A stretch of DNA of 64,000 nt from an uncultured bacterium (GTDB lineage Bacteria > Krumholzibacteriota > Krumholzibacteriia > JACNKJ01): NCBI GenBank assembly GCA_964410395.1, contig CAYPGS010000010.1, forward strand, positions 16,668-80,667, given 5' to 3'. The notes beneath the pieces were generated by a model that saw only the letters and a list, made by a program, of their open reading frames with translations, made no database searches and was not told the origin of the DNA. Shown here in pieces: positions 25,281 through 35,897 of this stretch (positions are counted from its first letter, which is position 1; each line of letters opens with the position of its first letter). Both the position numbers and the translations under genes were made by a program.

Positions 25281-27554
25281 TCATCGAGTCGAAACGGGGT
25301 TCAACTCCACTTTTTCCGGCGCCAGACATCGCCTGTCGTCGCAGGGCTGGAAATGCAGCGTGAAAACCGGTGACTCGCCGCTTAGCTTTCCGCGAACCGT
25401 GAACTCTCCAGAATAGACCCGCAGAACCTCGGCGCTTGACTCCACCTGGAAATCCCCGCCCTCGGGCCACTCCTCCTCCAGAAGCGCTCCACCTTCCACC
25501 GTGAGCGCGCAGGCACGCAGGTACTCCTGCCGCGGATTGTGGGAATTCACATGCCAGCCTTCGTCGAGAGCGACCTGCAACTCGAACTCGTCGCCAGCGA
25601 CCTCGAGCTTCGCCCGTAAGGGACCTTTCCGCGTCCAGCCCGACTCGTCGCGACCGGCGAGCAGCTCCATGCTCGCGAGAAGCAGGCTCTCGGTGCCGCG
25701 GGGTGCCTGTCCCATGTGCGTGGCGAAACGGGAGATACAGGCCTCAGCTCGGGCGCGCCAGCGCGACTCCCCGGTGAGTTCGGCCAGCCTCAGCATGAGT
25801 CGCGCGGCCACGCCGTTTCCGGACGGCAGGGCGTGATCATAGGGATCCATGTTGCGGAGCAGCAGATCCTCGGCGCCGTCGGCGGTGAAGTAGAAGCCAC
25901 CGTTTTCGTCTTCGAAGTCCTCGAGCATGATCTCGGCCAGCTCGATGGCCGTCTCATGCCACCAATCCTCGCCGGTAGCCTGGTGCAGATCGAGCAGGGC
26001 ATCGGCGAGGAATGCGTAGTCATCCAGATAGGCCGGAAGTGCCGCCGAACCGGCGCGCCAGCTGCGCAGCAGCCGGCCGTCGCGGCGCAATTCATGAAGC
26101 AGGAAATCCGCGTTGGCCCTGGCTAGATCAAGCAGTTTCTCATCGAAAACCTTCGACGCCTTCACGAGTCCCGAGATCATCAGCGCGTTCCAGCTGGTGA
26201 GCACCTTGTCGTCCAGGTGAGGACGAACTCGGCCAGCCCTCGAGTCGAGCAGTCGCTCACGCGCCGCGTCGAATCGCGCCGTGTCCGACGGCGCACCTTC
26301 GGGCAGGTAGAGGATATTCGTCCCCGGCCGGTGCCCCGTCGCTTCCTCGTAGTAGTTTCCCTCGGCCGTGGCTCCGCAGACCTGCGCGAACCACTCGCCA
26401 TCCTCGCCTAGGGTCGCGAGCAGTTCATCCCGCGACCAGAGGTAGAACTTGCCTTCCTCGCCCTCGCTGTCGGCGTCCAGGGCGGAGTAGAAACCACCGG
26501 CGGAGTCGAGCATCTCGCGCTTCAGCCAACCCACGATGCCGAGTGCCGCGCGCGCGTATTGCTCTTCGTGGGTGATCCTGTAGGCCTCGGCGAGGGCGCC
26601 GAGTAACTGCGCGTTGTCGTAGAGCATCTTCTCGAAGTGAGGAAGAAACCAGCGCGCGTCGGTGGAATAGCGGTGGAATCCACCACCCAGTAGATCGTGC
26701 ACACCGCCGTCGATCATGGCATCGAGGGTCTTCGTGGCCATGTCCAGAAGCGCGGGATCGCCCTTGCGATCGTACTCGGCGAAGATGAGCGAGAAGCTGC
26801 CGTGGGGCGGAAACTTGGGTGCGCTGCCGAAGCCTCCACGCGCGGGATCGTAGCTCGTGCGGAGACTCTCGAAGGCACGGTCCAGGAGCACGCGGTCGAT
26901 CTGCCCCGCCGCGCCTACCTCGCTGACCTCTCGCATGGCTTCGGCGAAGCGATCGGCCTGCTCCTCGACTTCCCCGCGCCGATCCCGCCAGGCGTCGGCC
27001 AAAGAGTTCAGCACGCTGCGGAAACCCGCGCGACCCTCGGCGTCCTCGGGTGGGAAGTAGGTTCCCGAGAACCAGGGACGTCCATCAGGCGTCAGCCAGA
27101 GCGAGTTGGGCCAGCCGCCTCGACCGCTCAGGAGTTGCGTGGCCTTCATGTAGATGGAGTCGATGTCCGGGCGCTCTTCCCGGTCGACCTTGATGCACAC
27201 GTAGCGCTCGTTCATCACCGTGGCAATGGACTCGTTCTCGAAGGATTCATGCTCCATCACATGGCACCAGTGGCAGGTGCTGTAGCCCACCGAAAGGAAG
27301 ATGGGTTTGTCCTCGCGCCGGGCGAGTTCGAGCGCCTCGGAGCCCCATGGATGCCAGTCCACCGGGTTGCGGGCATGCTGCAGCAGGTAGGGGCTTCGCT
27401 CGAAGACGAGACGGTTGAACTCGGGGCCTCCGTCGGCGGGCAGCTGAGCGATTTCGGCGGGAGTAGGCAGCTTCATGTCACTGGCCTCGGCGCGAAAGGG
27501 AAGCGGCGCTGGAAGGACCAGGGCCGTCAGAAGGACAAGCGTGAGGGCTTTCAA
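25281..27554 (-). CDS. Thioredoxin-domain protein of the YyaL/DUF255 family (N-terminal thioredoxin-like domain, central six-hairpin domain, C-terminal DsbD-N-like domain), secreted
   Basis: Signal peptide [46 protein letters not shown] is the DUF255 CxxC block. 757 aa. Confidence 0.8.
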   Translation of the reverse strand: MKALTLVLLTALVLPAPLPFRAEASDMKLPTPAEIAQLPADGGPEFNRLVFERSPYLLQHARNPVDWHPWGSEALELARREDKPIFLSVGYSTCHWCHVMEHESFENESIATVMNERYVCIKVDREERPDIDSIYMKATQLLSGRGGWPNSLWLTPDGRPWFSGTYFPPEDAEGRAGFRSVLNSLADAWRDRRGEVEEQADRFAEAMREVSEVGAAGQIDRVLLDRAFESLRTSYDPARGGFGSAPKFPPHGSFSLIFAEYDRKGDPALLDMATKTLDAMIDGGVHDLLGGGFHRYSTDARWFLPHFEKMLYDNAQLLGALAEAYRITHEEQYARAALGIVGWLKREMLDSAGGFYSALDADSEGEEGKFYLWSRDELLATLGEDGEWFAQVCGATAEGNYYEEATGHRPGTNILYLPEGAPSDTARFDAARERLLDSRAGRVRPHLDDKVLTSWNALMISGLVKASKVFDEKLLDLARANADFLLHELRRDGRLLRSWRAGSAALPAYLDDYAFLADALLDLHQATGEDWWHETAIELAEIMLEDFEDENGGFYFTADGAEDLLLRNMDPYDHALPSGNGVAARLMLRLAELTGESRWRARAEACISRFATHMGQAPRGTESLLLASMELLAGRDESGWTRKGPLRAKLEVAGDEFELQVALDEGWHVNSHNPRQEYLRACALTVEGGALLEEEWPEGGDFQVESSAEVLRVYSGEFTVRGKLSGESPVFTLHFQPCDDRRCLAPEKVELNPVSTR

Positions 27555-27559
27555 GGATT

Positions 27560-27638
27560 CCGTCCTGGTGAGAGTCGGTGCAATATCCGATCAGGCCCGG
27601 CGGGCGTCAACGCTCCAAGTCATTAAAATTAATGGAGT
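27560..27638 (-). promoter_or_regulatory. Candidate yyaL promoter region with a UP-like AT-rich element, CCTGAACTCCATTAATTTTAATGACTTGG, followed by TTGACG
   Basis: Minus-sense order is element, then TTGACG (-35 like), then TATTGC. The same region contains the hairpin GTTCAGG-AAC-CTGAAC, which could terminate the upstream TVP38 gene. Confidence 0.3.
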
Positions 27639-28346
27639 TCAGGAACCTGAACTGTCCCTCAAGGCGCGCAGGCGACGCCTGGCCCAGGGAAAGGCGACTC
27701 CCAGGAAGATCAGCACCAGAGCCAGGACGACGTAGTGCGCCGGCCGCAAGCCTTCACCGCGAAAAGCCTCGGCCAGGGCATCGCCCCCGACCACGTAGAA
27801 GATGGTTCCCGGCAGCATGGCCACGAGGGTCCAGACCATGTAGGTGGCGAAGCGAATGCGCGTGAGCCCGAACCCGAAGTTGAGAAGAGCGAAGGGAATA
27901 ACCGGAAAAAGACGTGTGAGGATGACCACCATCATGCCGTTTTCCTCCGTCGCGCGCTGCAGGCGAGAGAAGAAGGCCCGCTTGGACAGCCAGCGTGAGA
28001 TGGAATCGCGGGCCAGATAGCGCGCCAGCAGGAAGGCCGCCCCCGCGGCGACCCAGGATGCGAGCACGGCCATGGCCACGCCCAACACGCTCCCCCAGAG
28101 AGCCCCGGCCAACAGGGTGAAGGGCAGACCCGGGATGGCCGCCATGGCAGCCAGGGCATAGGCGGCCACATAACCGATGACACCCCAGATGCCCTTGTTC
28201 AGAACCCAGACGCGCAGATCCTCGAGATCTCCCTGCAGTCCCAGTTTGCGACCGAGCAGGAAGAGCCCCACTACCGCAAGCGGGAACAGGATGAAGCGGA
28301 TCCAGCGCCATCGTCTGCGCCAGATCACCGCGCTGCGGGGGTCCAT
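27639..28346 (-). CDS. TVP38/TMEM64 (DedA-related) family membrane protein
   Basis: 235 aa, multi-TM, with the conserved LTRLFPVIPFALLNFGFGLT block of the TVP38/SNARE-associated family. Confidence 0.8.
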   Translation of the reverse strand: MDPRSAVIWRRRWRWIRFILFPLAVVGLFLLGRKLGLQGDLEDLRVWVLNKGIWGVIGYVAAYALAAMAAIPGLPFTLLAGALWGSVLGVAMAVLASWVAAGAAFLLARYLARDSISRWLSKRAFFSRLQRATEENGMMVVILTRLFPVIPFALLNFGFGLTRIRFATYMVWTLVAMLPGTIFYVVGGDALAEAFRGEGLRPAHYVVLALVLIFLGVAFPWARRRLRALRDSSGS

Positions 28347-28643
28347 GGATCCTCCTTGCCGGAATCGGCGAGGAAGCTAGCAAGACGGGCTCATAAATGG
28401 AAGTCTCGAAGCGAATTCTGCTATTGAATAGAATTCATCGGCGGCTTGAGGGCCCCAACCTGGCCCTTCGGCCAGGGAGTAGGAGTGACAGAAAAAACTG
28501 AACAGGACAAGTTAACCCCAAATTCTGCAACTTGTTGCTAATAACAACCTTAACTGCGTTTGCCGTTGACTCCGACTGGGCTCGTGGCTATTCTGCTGCC
28601 TTGCAGTCAGGATTCCTGGATCTTTTTTTCGCCCAAGGTGCAC

Positions 28644-31037
28644 ATGCCCCCCGTGGACTCCCCATCCATTATGCCCGGCCCCGGCGCCAAGCCCGGGGTG
28701 TGCATCCATTGCGGCAACCCTCTGGAAAGCACTCATCGCGAGGAGGACGGCCCCTTCTGCTGCGCCGGCTGCCGCACGGTCTATCATCTGATCCAGGGCG
28801 AGGGCCTCGATCGATACTACGACCTGAAGCCCGACATCGTCCCCCCCGCCAGCAAGCTCCGCCCAGACAGCTACGCCTGGCTCGACTCCGTGCTCGACGG
28901 CCCCGAAGCGGAGGCCGGGCCCATCAGCCTGGACATCCAGGGCGTGCACTGCGCCGCCTGCGTCTGGCTCATCGAGGAACTCCACGAGCGGGAGGCCGAC
29001 GGCGGTAGCCTGCGCATCAATCCGAGCCTCGGCAAGGTCGATCTCTCCTGGCGGGGTGACCGTGACAAGCTCAAACAGTGGTTGGCCCTGGTTGAGAAAT
29101 TCGGCTACCGCTTCGGCCCCAGCCGCAAGCGCACGGGCGGCGCTTCCCGCGCACTGCTCGTGCGCATGGGTGTGAGCATCGCCATCGCCATGAACGTGAT
29201 GATCTTCTCGGCCAGCTACTACTTCGGCCTCAGCGCCTCCGATGGGCTCGTCTACCGCTTCTTCGGATGGATGAACTTCGTCCTCTCCACCCTTTCGGTG
29301 CTTGTGGGCGGAACAGTCTTCATGCGCGCGGCCTGGCAGGGCCTGCGCCGACGCCTGGCCCATCTCGACCTTCCCATCTCCCTGGGCATCGTGCTCGCCT
29401 ACGGCGGCTCCACGCTCGCCTACTTCCTGCGCGGGCCGGAGGCGGCATACTTCGACACGCTCACCATCTTCGTGGCCCTCATGCTCGTGGGACGCTGGGT
29501 GCAGGAACGCATCCTCGAGCGCAATCGCAATGCGCTGCTCGAGGCCGACGGAGTGGAGAATCTTTATACGCGCCGCTATCGCGACGGGCATCTGGAATCG
29601 GCGCCCGCCACCGATCTTCAGACCGGCGACGAGCTCTGGATCGCTCCCGGCGATCTGCTGCCGGTGGAGGCCGTCCTCATGCGCCGTCCGGCCGAACTGG
29701 CCCTGGACTGGATCACCGGCGAAAGCGAAACGCGAAGCTATCAGCCTGGCGATCGGCTTCCCGCCGGCGCCTTCAATGCCGGACGCGCCGGATTTCGCGC
29801 CGCGGCGAATCAGAACTTCGCCGAGAGCAGGCTGGGCGACCTCCTTCGCACACCCGCCGCGAACGAACCCGCATCCATGGAAGGCGGGAAGTGGTGGCAT
29901 CGGGTGAGCACCCTGTATGTGGCGGCGGTTCTCGTTCTGGCCACGGGCGCTTTCCTCGCTTGGATGGGCCGCGACCTTGCCAAGGCCCTGGAGGTCACCG
30001 TGGCCGTGCTGGTGGTCACCTGCCCCTGCGCCCTGGGATTGGCGACACCCCTCGCCCACGAAATGATCCAGGCCGCATTGCGAAGGCGCGGCGTGCTGGT
30101 CCGACGGGGCGGCTTCTTCGACCGGGCGCTCTCCGTGCGGAAGATCCTCTTCGACAAGACGGGTACCCTCACCGCCGGACAGCTCTCCCTCCGGGACGAA
30201 TCCCGGGACGAACTCGAGGGACTCGCCGCCGAAGAACGCGAGGTGCTTCGGAACATGGCTAGCCGCAGCCAGCATCCCGTGAGCCGGGCCCTCGCGGCGG
30301 AACTGGGCGGAGGGGCCCTCGATTCCGATAGCGAGGAAGTGATCGAATACGCCGGCATGGGTCTCGAATGGAAACGCGGCGGCGAGACCTGGCGGCTGGG
30401 CCGCTCATCCTTCGCCTGCGGAGATCTGGCCGATGAGCTCACCTGCTTCAGCCGCGACGGAGTGGCGCTGGCCCGACTTGGATTTCAGGAAGCGGTCCGG
30501 CCGGGCGCGTCCGAAGAAATCGCCGGTCTCGCGGCAAGTGGCTACGAGCTTCATCTGCTCAGCGGAGACAGTCAGGAGAAGGTGGCCGCCGCGGCGCCCC
30601 GTCTGGGCATCGACCTGAACATGGCTCAGGGCGGACTGACTCCCGAATCCAAAGCGAAACGAGTCACCGAACTGGACGACTCGGACACCCTCATGGTGGG
30701 CGACGGCCTCAACGACGCTCCCAGCTTCGAAGCCGCGCTCTGCTCGGCGACGCCGGCCGTGGATCACGCCGCATTGCCCGCCAAAGCCGATTTCTATTAC
30801 CTCGGCGACGGCATCGCCGCACTTCGCCGGGCCCTGCTCGCCGCCGGGCGGCTGCGTGGAATGATAAAGCTTAACCTGATCTTCGCCTCCGTCTACAATC
30901 TCGGCGCCGTCATCCTGAGCATCCTGGGCTACGTCAGTCCCGTCGTGGCGGCCATCCTCATGCCGATCAGTTCGGTGCTGATCGTCAGTTTCACCGCGTG
31001 GCGCCTCACGGGAAGGAGGCTGCGGTGGATGTCGTAA
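28644..31037 (+). CDS. ccoI: Copper-translocating P1B-type ATPase of the cbb3 assembly type (CcoI/FixI)
   Basis: N-terminal Cys-rich metal-binding region CIHCGNPL…FCCAGCRTVY, CPC motif VTCPCALGLATP, phosphorylation site DKTGTLT and hinge GDGLNDAP. Lies directly upstream of ccoS-ccoNOQPG. The start (28644) is uncertain; alternatives are 28560 or 28671. Confidence 0.8.
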   Translation: MPPVDSPSIMPGPGAKPGVCIHCGNPLESTHREEDGPFCCAGCRTVYHLIQGEGLDRYYDLKPDIVPPASKLRPDSYAWLDSVLDGPEAEAGPISLDIQGVHCAACVWLIEELHEREADGGSLRINPSLGKVDLSWRGDRDKLKQWLALVEKFGYRFGPSRKRTGGASRALLVRMGVSIAIAMNVMIFSASYYFGLSASDGLVYRFFGWMNFVLSTLSVLVGGTVFMRAAWQGLRRRLAHLDLPISLGIVLAYGGSTLAYFLRGPEAAYFDTLTIFVALMLVGRWVQERILERNRNALLEADGVENLYTRRYRDGHLESAPATDLQTGDELWIAPGDLLPVEAVLMRRPAELALDWITGESETRSYQPGDRLPAGAFNAGRAGFRAAANQNFAESRLGDLLRTPAANEPASMEGGKWWHRVSTLYVAAVLVLATGAFLAWMGRDLAKALEVTVAVLVVTCPCALGLATPLAHEMIQAALRRRGVLVRRGGFFDRALSVRKILFDKTGTLTAGQLSLRDESRDELEGLAAEEREVLRNMASRSQHPVSRALAAELGGGALDSDSEEVIEYAGMGLEWKRGGETWRLGRSSFACGDLADELTCFSRDGVALARLGFQEAVRPGASEEIAGLAASGYELHLLSGDSQEKVAAAAPRLGIDLNMAQGGLTPESKAKRVTELDDSDTLMVGDGLNDAPSFEAALCSATPAVDHAALPAKADFYYLGDGIAALRRALLAAGRLRGMIKLNLIFASVYNLGAVILSILGYVSPVVAAILMPISSVLIVSFTAWRLTGRRLRWMS

Positions 31038-31216
31038 TCGTTCTGGTGTTTATCAGTCTGGTCCTGGTGGTTGGCGGACTCATCTTCCTGTTCCGCACGC
31101 TCAAGGAAGGGGACTCCGAGCACGCCGACCGTCTGAGCCTTTTGCCATTGGCCAAGGATGAGAAGGCCAAGGCAATAAATCTCAATTCACAATCCAAGCC
31201 CAAGGAGAACTCATGA
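31025..31216 (+). CDS. ccoS: CcoS/FixS-like cbb3 oxidase maturation protein (small single-TM protein)
   Basis: GTG at 31025 lies 5 nt after GGAAGGAGG. MDVVIVLVFISLVLVVGGLIFLFRTLKEGDSEHADRLSLLPLAKDE fits the CcoS pattern (TM helix, then RSGQFDDLD-like acidic tail). Ends in an ATGA overlap with ccoNO. Confidence 0.5.
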   Translation: MDVVIVLVFISLVLVVGGLIFLFRTLKEGDSEHADRLSLLPLAKDEKAKAINLNSQSKPKENS

Positions 31217-33567
31217 GCGCCTCCGTTCAGACCAAGCACGTGGTCTATGACGATGGCATCGTGCGAGCTTTCACACTGGCGTCGATCATCTTCGGCGTCG
31301 TGGGTATGCTCGTCGGAGTCATCGTCGCGGCCCAGCTTTCCTTCTGGCAGGCAAACTTCGGGATAAGTTGGCTCAGCTTCGGCCGACTGCGCCCCCTGCA
31401 CACCAACGCGGCGATCTTCGCCTTCGTTGGTAACGCGTTATACGCGGGGATCTACTACTCGATGCAGCGCCTGCTCAAGACCCGGCTCGCCAGCGACGCC
31501 CTCAGCTGGGTGCACTTCTGGGGATGGCAGGCCATCATCGCGGCCGCCGCGATTTCCTATCCCCTGGGTCTGACCCAAGGAAAGGAGTACGCGGAACTAA
31601 TCTGGCCAATCGACCTCGCGGTCGTGGTGGTCTGGGTGGTCTTCGCCATCAACTTCTTCTGGACCATCGGCAAGCGCAACGAGAAGAACCTCTACGTAGC
31701 CATCTGGTTCTACATCTCCACGGTGGTCACCATCGCGGTGCTCTACATCGTGAACAACCTGGCCCTGCCCACCAGCTTCCTGCACAGCTACCCGATATTC
31801 GCGGGCGTACAGGACGCACTCGTGCAATGGTGGTACGGACACAACGCGGTGGGATTCTTCCTGACCACCCCCGTGCTGGGCCTCATGTACTACTTCATGC
31901 CCAAGGCGGCGGAGCGCCCGGTCTACTCATACCGCCTCTCCATCGTGCACTTCTGGGCGCTGGTCTTCGTGTACATCTGGGCTGGTCCCCACCACCTGCT
32001 CTACACGGCCCTTCCCGACTGGGCGCAGACCCTGGGCATGCTCTTCAGCGTGATGCTCTGGGCGCCTTCCTGGGGCGGCATGCTCAACGGCCTGCTGACC
32101 CTGCGCGGTGCCTGGGACAAGCTGCGCACCGATCCGGTCATCAAGTTCTTCGTGGTGGCCATCACCTTCTACGGAATGTCCACCTTCGAGGGACCGCTGC
32201 TCTCCGTGAAGAGCGTTAGCGCCCTCGGACACTACACCGACTGGATCATCGGTCACGTGCACGGCGGAACCCTCGGCTGGAACGGTTTCCTCGTGGCGGG
32301 CATGTTCTACTGGCTGGTGCCCAGGCTTTGGGACACCAAGCTCTACAGCAAGGGTCTCGCCGAAGCGCATTTCTGGGTCGGCACCCTCGGCATGCTGCTC
32401 TACGTGGTGGCCATGTGGGTCGGCGGCGTAAGCAACGGCCTCTTCTGGCGCGCCCTCGGACCCGACGGCTTCCTGCAGTATCCCGACTTCATCGAAGGCC
32501 TTCGCGCCCTGCGCTTCCTCTTCCTCATGAGGCTCGTGGGCGGAACGCTCTACCTGGTCGGCTTCATCATCATGCTGGTCAACGTCTTCATGACCGTGGC
32601 CCGCGGCAAGGCCGTGAATGTGGAGACCGAAGTCACGACCTACGAGAAGACCCCCGGACCCAACACCTGGAAGCTCCTCACCGGCGCTCCGATGATCTAC
32701 TCGGCCATCGTGATCCTGCTGTCGATCCTGCTCGGCGTTTCGGGAGTGATCACCAGCGCGGCGGTGCTCGCAGCCGGCGCGGTGGTCGTGGTGGCGGCCA
32801 TCCTCGGCATCGGCATCACGCGACAGAACCAGGGAACCACCTGGCATCGCTTCCTCGAAGGCAAGCCTCTGGCCTTCACCATCATCGCGCTGGTGGCCAT
32901 CCTCATCGGCGGACTGGTGGAGATCGTGCCCATGGTGATCATCCGCAACGAGGTGCCCATGGTGGCCAATGCGGATGGAGCGATGGTGGAAAGCCCCTTC
33001 ACGCAGCAGACCTACAGTCCCCTGGAGCTGGCGGGTCGCGACATCTACATCCGCGAGGGCTGCTACACCTGCCATAGCCAGCAGATCAGGCCCTTCCGCC
33101 ACGAGACCCTGCGCTATGGCGAGTATTCGAGGGCCGAAGAATTCCGCTACGATCATCCCTTCCAGTGGGGTTCCAAGCGCATCGGACCGGATCTGCACCG
33201 GGTCGGCGGGAAGTACGCCAATCTCTGGCACTACCTGCACATGAACGATCCGCGATCCACCTCGCCGGACTCCAACATGCCCGAGTACGCCTTCCTGATG
33301 AACCGTCAGGTGAATGCGGACGTGATGATGGGACGTATGGAGGTGCAGGCGAAGCTCGGAGTGCCCTACAGCGACGAAGACATCAAGTCAGCGGGCGCGA
33401 ACATCCTTAGCCAGGGTCAGCTCATCGCCGACGACCTCATGGAGCAGGGTGTGCCCATCGATCCCCAGAGCGAGATGGTGGCGATCATCGCCTACCTGCA
33501 GCGCCTTGGACGCGGTCCGCAGCCCCTCACGGCTGAGGAGCCCGTGGCGACGGCGGAGGTGAACTGA
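31213..33567 (+). CDS. ccoNO: cbb3-type cytochrome c oxidase, fused subunits I and II (CcoNO)
   Basis: 784 aa. The N-terminal ~480 aa is CcoN (12 TM, heme/Cu histidines in …WYGHNAVGFF…, …GHVHGG…). The C-terminal part is monoheme CcoO (CYTCHSQQIRP…MPEYAF). Confidence 0.9.
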   Translation: MSASVQTKHVVYDDGIVRAFTLASIIFGVVGMLVGVIVAAQLSFWQANFGISWLSFGRLRPLHTNAAIFAFVGNALYAGIYYSMQRLLKTRLASDALSWVHFWGWQAIIAAAAISYPLGLTQGKEYAELIWPIDLAVVVVWVVFAINFFWTIGKRNEKNLYVAIWFYISTVVTIAVLYIVNNLALPTSFLHSYPIFAGVQDALVQWWYGHNAVGFFLTTPVLGLMYYFMPKAAERPVYSYRLSIVHFWALVFVYIWAGPHHLLYTALPDWAQTLGMLFSVMLWAPSWGGMLNGLLTLRGAWDKLRTDPVIKFFVVAITFYGMSTFEGPLLSVKSVSALGHYTDWIIGHVHGGTLGWNGFLVAGMFYWLVPRLWDTKLYSKGLAEAHFWVGTLGMLLYVVAMWVGGVSNGLFWRALGPDGFLQYPDFIEGLRALRFLFLMRLVGGTLYLVGFIIMLVNVFMTVARGKAVNVETEVTTYEKTPGPNTWKLLTGAPMIYSAIVILLSILLGVSGVITSAAVLAAGAVVVVAAILGIGITRQNQGTTWHRFLEGKPLAFTIIALVAILIGGLVEIVPMVIIRNEVPMVANADGAMVESPFTQQTYSPLELAGRDIYIREGCYTCHSQQIRPFRHETLRYGEYSRAEEFRYDHPFQWGSKRIGPDLHRVGGKYANLWHYLHMNDPRSTSPDSNMPEYAFLMNRQVNADVMMGRMEVQAKLGVPYSDEDIKSAGANILSQGQLIADDLMEQGVPIDPQSEMVAIIAYLQRLGRGPQPLTAEEPVATAEVN

Positions 33568-33761
33568 TGCATCAGGAGGAGTTTTTCGCTTCGCGCGTCG
33601 ATTTGATGCTTGGACCTCAAATCGCCTTCGCGCTTTTCCTGCTGGTGTTCCTCGGCATCCTTGTGTGGGTCATTTTCGGCCTCAAGGACAAGAAGGAACT
33701 CCACCGCATCGCCTCACTTCCGCTCGAAGACGATACCAAGGGAGGTACCAGTGATGAGTGA
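33567..33761 (+). CDS. ccoQ: CcoQ-like small cbb3 oxidase subunit
   Basis: 64 aa, one TM helix (IAFALFLLVFLGILVWVIF), then KDKKELHRIASLPLEDD, resembling the CcoQ tail (…ANLPFADDD). ATGA overlap with ccoNO. Confidence 0.5.
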   Translation: MHQEEFFASRVDLMLGPQIAFALFLLVFLGILVWVIFGLKDKKELHRIASLPLEDDTKGGTSDE

Positions 33762-34314
33762 GTACAAACACGATGTCGTCTTCGATCACGAATATGACGG
33801 CATCCAGGAATTCGACAATCGACTGCCGAACTGGTGGCTGTTCATCCTCTACGCCACGGTCATCTTCTCTCTGGGCTACTGGCTCTTCCTGCATACCTAT
33901 GGTATCGGAGACCTGCAGCTCGAGAAGTACGAGAAGGAGATGGCGGCGGCACAGGAACTGATGCTCGCGCAGGCTTCGGCCGGCGGCATCACCGACGAGT
34001 CGCTGACACTGGCCGCGAGTCTTCCCGACAAGGTCGCCGAGGGCAAAGCGCTGTTTACCACTTATTGCGTCGTTTGCCACGCCGCGCAGGGCGAAGGCCT
34101 TGTGGGACCCAACCTAACCGACGCATATTGGGTCCACGGCGGCAAGCCCACGGACATCCACAGGATCATCACGGATGGCGTGCCCGCCAAGGGAATGGCG
34201 GCCTGGGGCAGCCAGCTCGGACCCACGCGCGTGGAGAAACTGGCGGTCTATGTGGTCAGCATCATGAACACGAACGTATCGGGCAAGGCGCCCGAAGGGG
34301 AACTGGTGGAGTGA
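33754..34314 (+). CDS. ccoP: cbb3-type cytochrome c oxidase subunit III (CcoP), monoheme form
   Basis: MSEYKHDVVFDHEYDGIQEFDNRLPNWW is the CcoP N-terminal signature. A single CVVCH heme-binding motif. RBS AGGGAGG lies 8 nt upstream. The track start 33610 is spurious. Confidence 0.8.
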   Translation: MSEYKHDVVFDHEYDGIQEFDNRLPNWWLFILYATVIFSLGYWLFLHTYGIGDLQLEKYEKEMAAAQELMLAQASAGGITDESLTLAASLPDKVAEGKALFTTYCVVCHAAQGEGLVGPNLTDAYWVHGGKPTDIHRIITDGVPAKGMAAWGSQLGPTRVEKLAVYVVSIMNTNVSGKAPEGELVE

Positions 34315-34346
34315 GGCGGGGATGACGCCCGAAGCAGGAAGCAGGA

Positions 34347-35741
34347 ATGACCGTGAGTGAAAAGAAGAAGCGGCTGCGCCGCCCGGATCTGGAAACCGTC
34401 TACACGATCAACGAGGACGGTTCGCGAAACTTCCTTCACCCCGCCGACGTCGAGGGACGCTGGCAGGTGAGGAAGAACATCATCTTCGCGATCCTCATCG
34501 TGATCTACGTGGGCCTTCCTTGGCTCCAGATCGGCGGACACCCGGCCGTGCACGTGGATATCCCGGGAAGGCAGGCCTATCTCTTCGGCCTGTCCTTCAG
34601 CAACCAGGACTTCTACCTGCTCTTCTTCCCCCTCGTGGGCATCGGCTTCTCGCTCTTCGTTCTGACGGCGCTCTGGGGCCGCATCTGGTGCGGATATGCG
34701 TGCCCCCAGACCGTCTTCATGGAGGGCGTCTTCCGAAAGCTCGAACGGCTCATCGAGGGTCCCAGGGACCAGCGCATCAGGCGCAACCTGGGGCCCTGGA
34801 CGGGCGGCAAGTTCGGGCGAAAACTCCTGAAGTGGATAATCTTCGTCGCGCTGTCCTCGGGCATCGCGCACGTGTTCCTGTCCTACTTCATTCCGGCTCG
34901 TGAGCTCTATTCCGTGATCTGGAAAGGTCCCGGCGAGCACATGGTCGCATTCGGCTGGACGGTCTTCTGGACCGTGATCATGAGCTTCAACCATCTCTGG
35001 TTCCGCGAGCAGACCTGCCTGATCCTGTGCCCCTACGGACGCCTGCAGAGCGCCCTCATCGACGACAACACCGTGATCATCGGCTACGACGAGAAACGCG
35101 GTGAGCCTCGCGAAAAGGGCGTGGACAAGGGCGGCGACTGCATCGACTGCTATCGATGCGTGGCGGTCTGCCCCACGGGCATCGATATTCGCGCGGGTCT
35201 GCAGATGGAATGCGTCGGTTGCGCCAACTGCATCGACGCCTGCGACGACATGATGGAGCGCATCGGCAAACCCACGGGCCTGGTGAGATACGATTCGCTG
35301 AAGGGCCTTACAGGTCTCAAGCGGAAGTTCCTGCGCCCCAGGGTCTACGGATACATGGCCTTCGCGATCATCTGGATGATCGGCGGCTTCCTGGCCATCG
35401 GGCAGCGGACGAACTTCGAGGCCAAGAGCGTGCGGTCCCAGGGACTGCCCTTCCAGCTGGTCGAGGGGAACATCCGCAACCTCTACACCCTGCACATCCA
35501 GAACAAGACCGACGAGGATCGTGTCTACCTGGTGTCCTTCGGGGGTGCGGAAGGGCCCGAGCCCGAGATGCTCATCGCGCAGACACGGCTGGCGTTGTCG
35601 CCCTTCGAGGTGGCCAACGTTCCCATCTTCGCGACCTTGTCTCGCGAGGAGTATCCCGGTAACTTCCCCATGGAGATCGCCGTCACCGATTCGCTCAGCG
35701 GCGAGGTCAAACCTGTCACCTTCCGATTCAGGGGGCCCTGA
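34347..35741 (+). CDS. ccoG: cbb3 oxidase accessory protein CcoG/FixG (membrane-bound 4Fe-4S ferredoxin-like)
   Basis: 464 aa with CGYACPQ and CIDCYRCVAVCP…CVGCANCIDAC iron-sulfur motifs, and TM helices at the N-terminus. Confidence 0.85.
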   Translation: MTVSEKKKRLRRPDLETVYTINEDGSRNFLHPADVEGRWQVRKNIIFAILIVIYVGLPWLQIGGHPAVHVDIPGRQAYLFGLSFSNQDFYLLFFPLVGIGFSLFVLTALWGRIWCGYACPQTVFMEGVFRKLERLIEGPRDQRIRRNLGPWTGGKFGRKLLKWIIFVALSSGIAHVFLSYFIPARELYSVIWKGPGEHMVAFGWTVFWTVIMSFNHLWFREQTCLILCPYGRLQSALIDDNTVIIGYDEKRGEPREKGVDKGGDCIDCYRCVAVCPTGIDIRAGLQMECVGCANCIDACDDMMERIGKPTGLVRYDSLKGLTGLKRKFLRPRVYGYMAFAIIWMIGGFLAIGQRTNFEAKSVRSQGLPFQLVEGNIRNLYTLHIQNKTDEDRVYLVSFGGAEGPEPEMLIAQTRLALSPFEVANVPIFATLSREEYPGNFPMEIAVTDSLSGEVKPVTFRFRGP

Positions 35742-35743
35742 TC

Positions 35744-35866
35744 GTGCGTGAATGGATTCGAGAACGACCCTGGATCTGGATTGTTCTGCTGCTCACCTTC
35801 TTCGTCATCCTCGACATCATCTTCGTGGTGATCGCGGTGAAGAACCATCCGACGGTTTTGAACTGA
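35744..35866 (+). CDS. Possible 40-aa single-TM membrane protein at the end of the cco operon
   Basis: GTG lies 2 nt after the ccoG stop, and AGGGGG lies 8 nt upstream. VREWIRERPWIWIVLLLTFFVILDIIFVVIAVKNHPTVLN. Too short for the track. Confidence 0.3.
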   Translation: MREWIRERPWIWIVLLLTFFVILDIIFVVIAVKNHPTVLN

Positions 35867-35897
35867 GAACTGTGGACTGAGAACCGAGAACGAAACG

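Noticed and set aside
28512-35495. Long minus-strand ORFs 28512..30275 (587 aa), 31927..33240 (437 aa), 34248..35495 (415 aa) and plus-strand ORFs within ccoNO (31524..32219, 32328..33077)
   Set aside because: Antisense or out-of-frame shadows of ccoI, ccoNO and ccoG, with Arg/Gly/His-rich unstructured composition.
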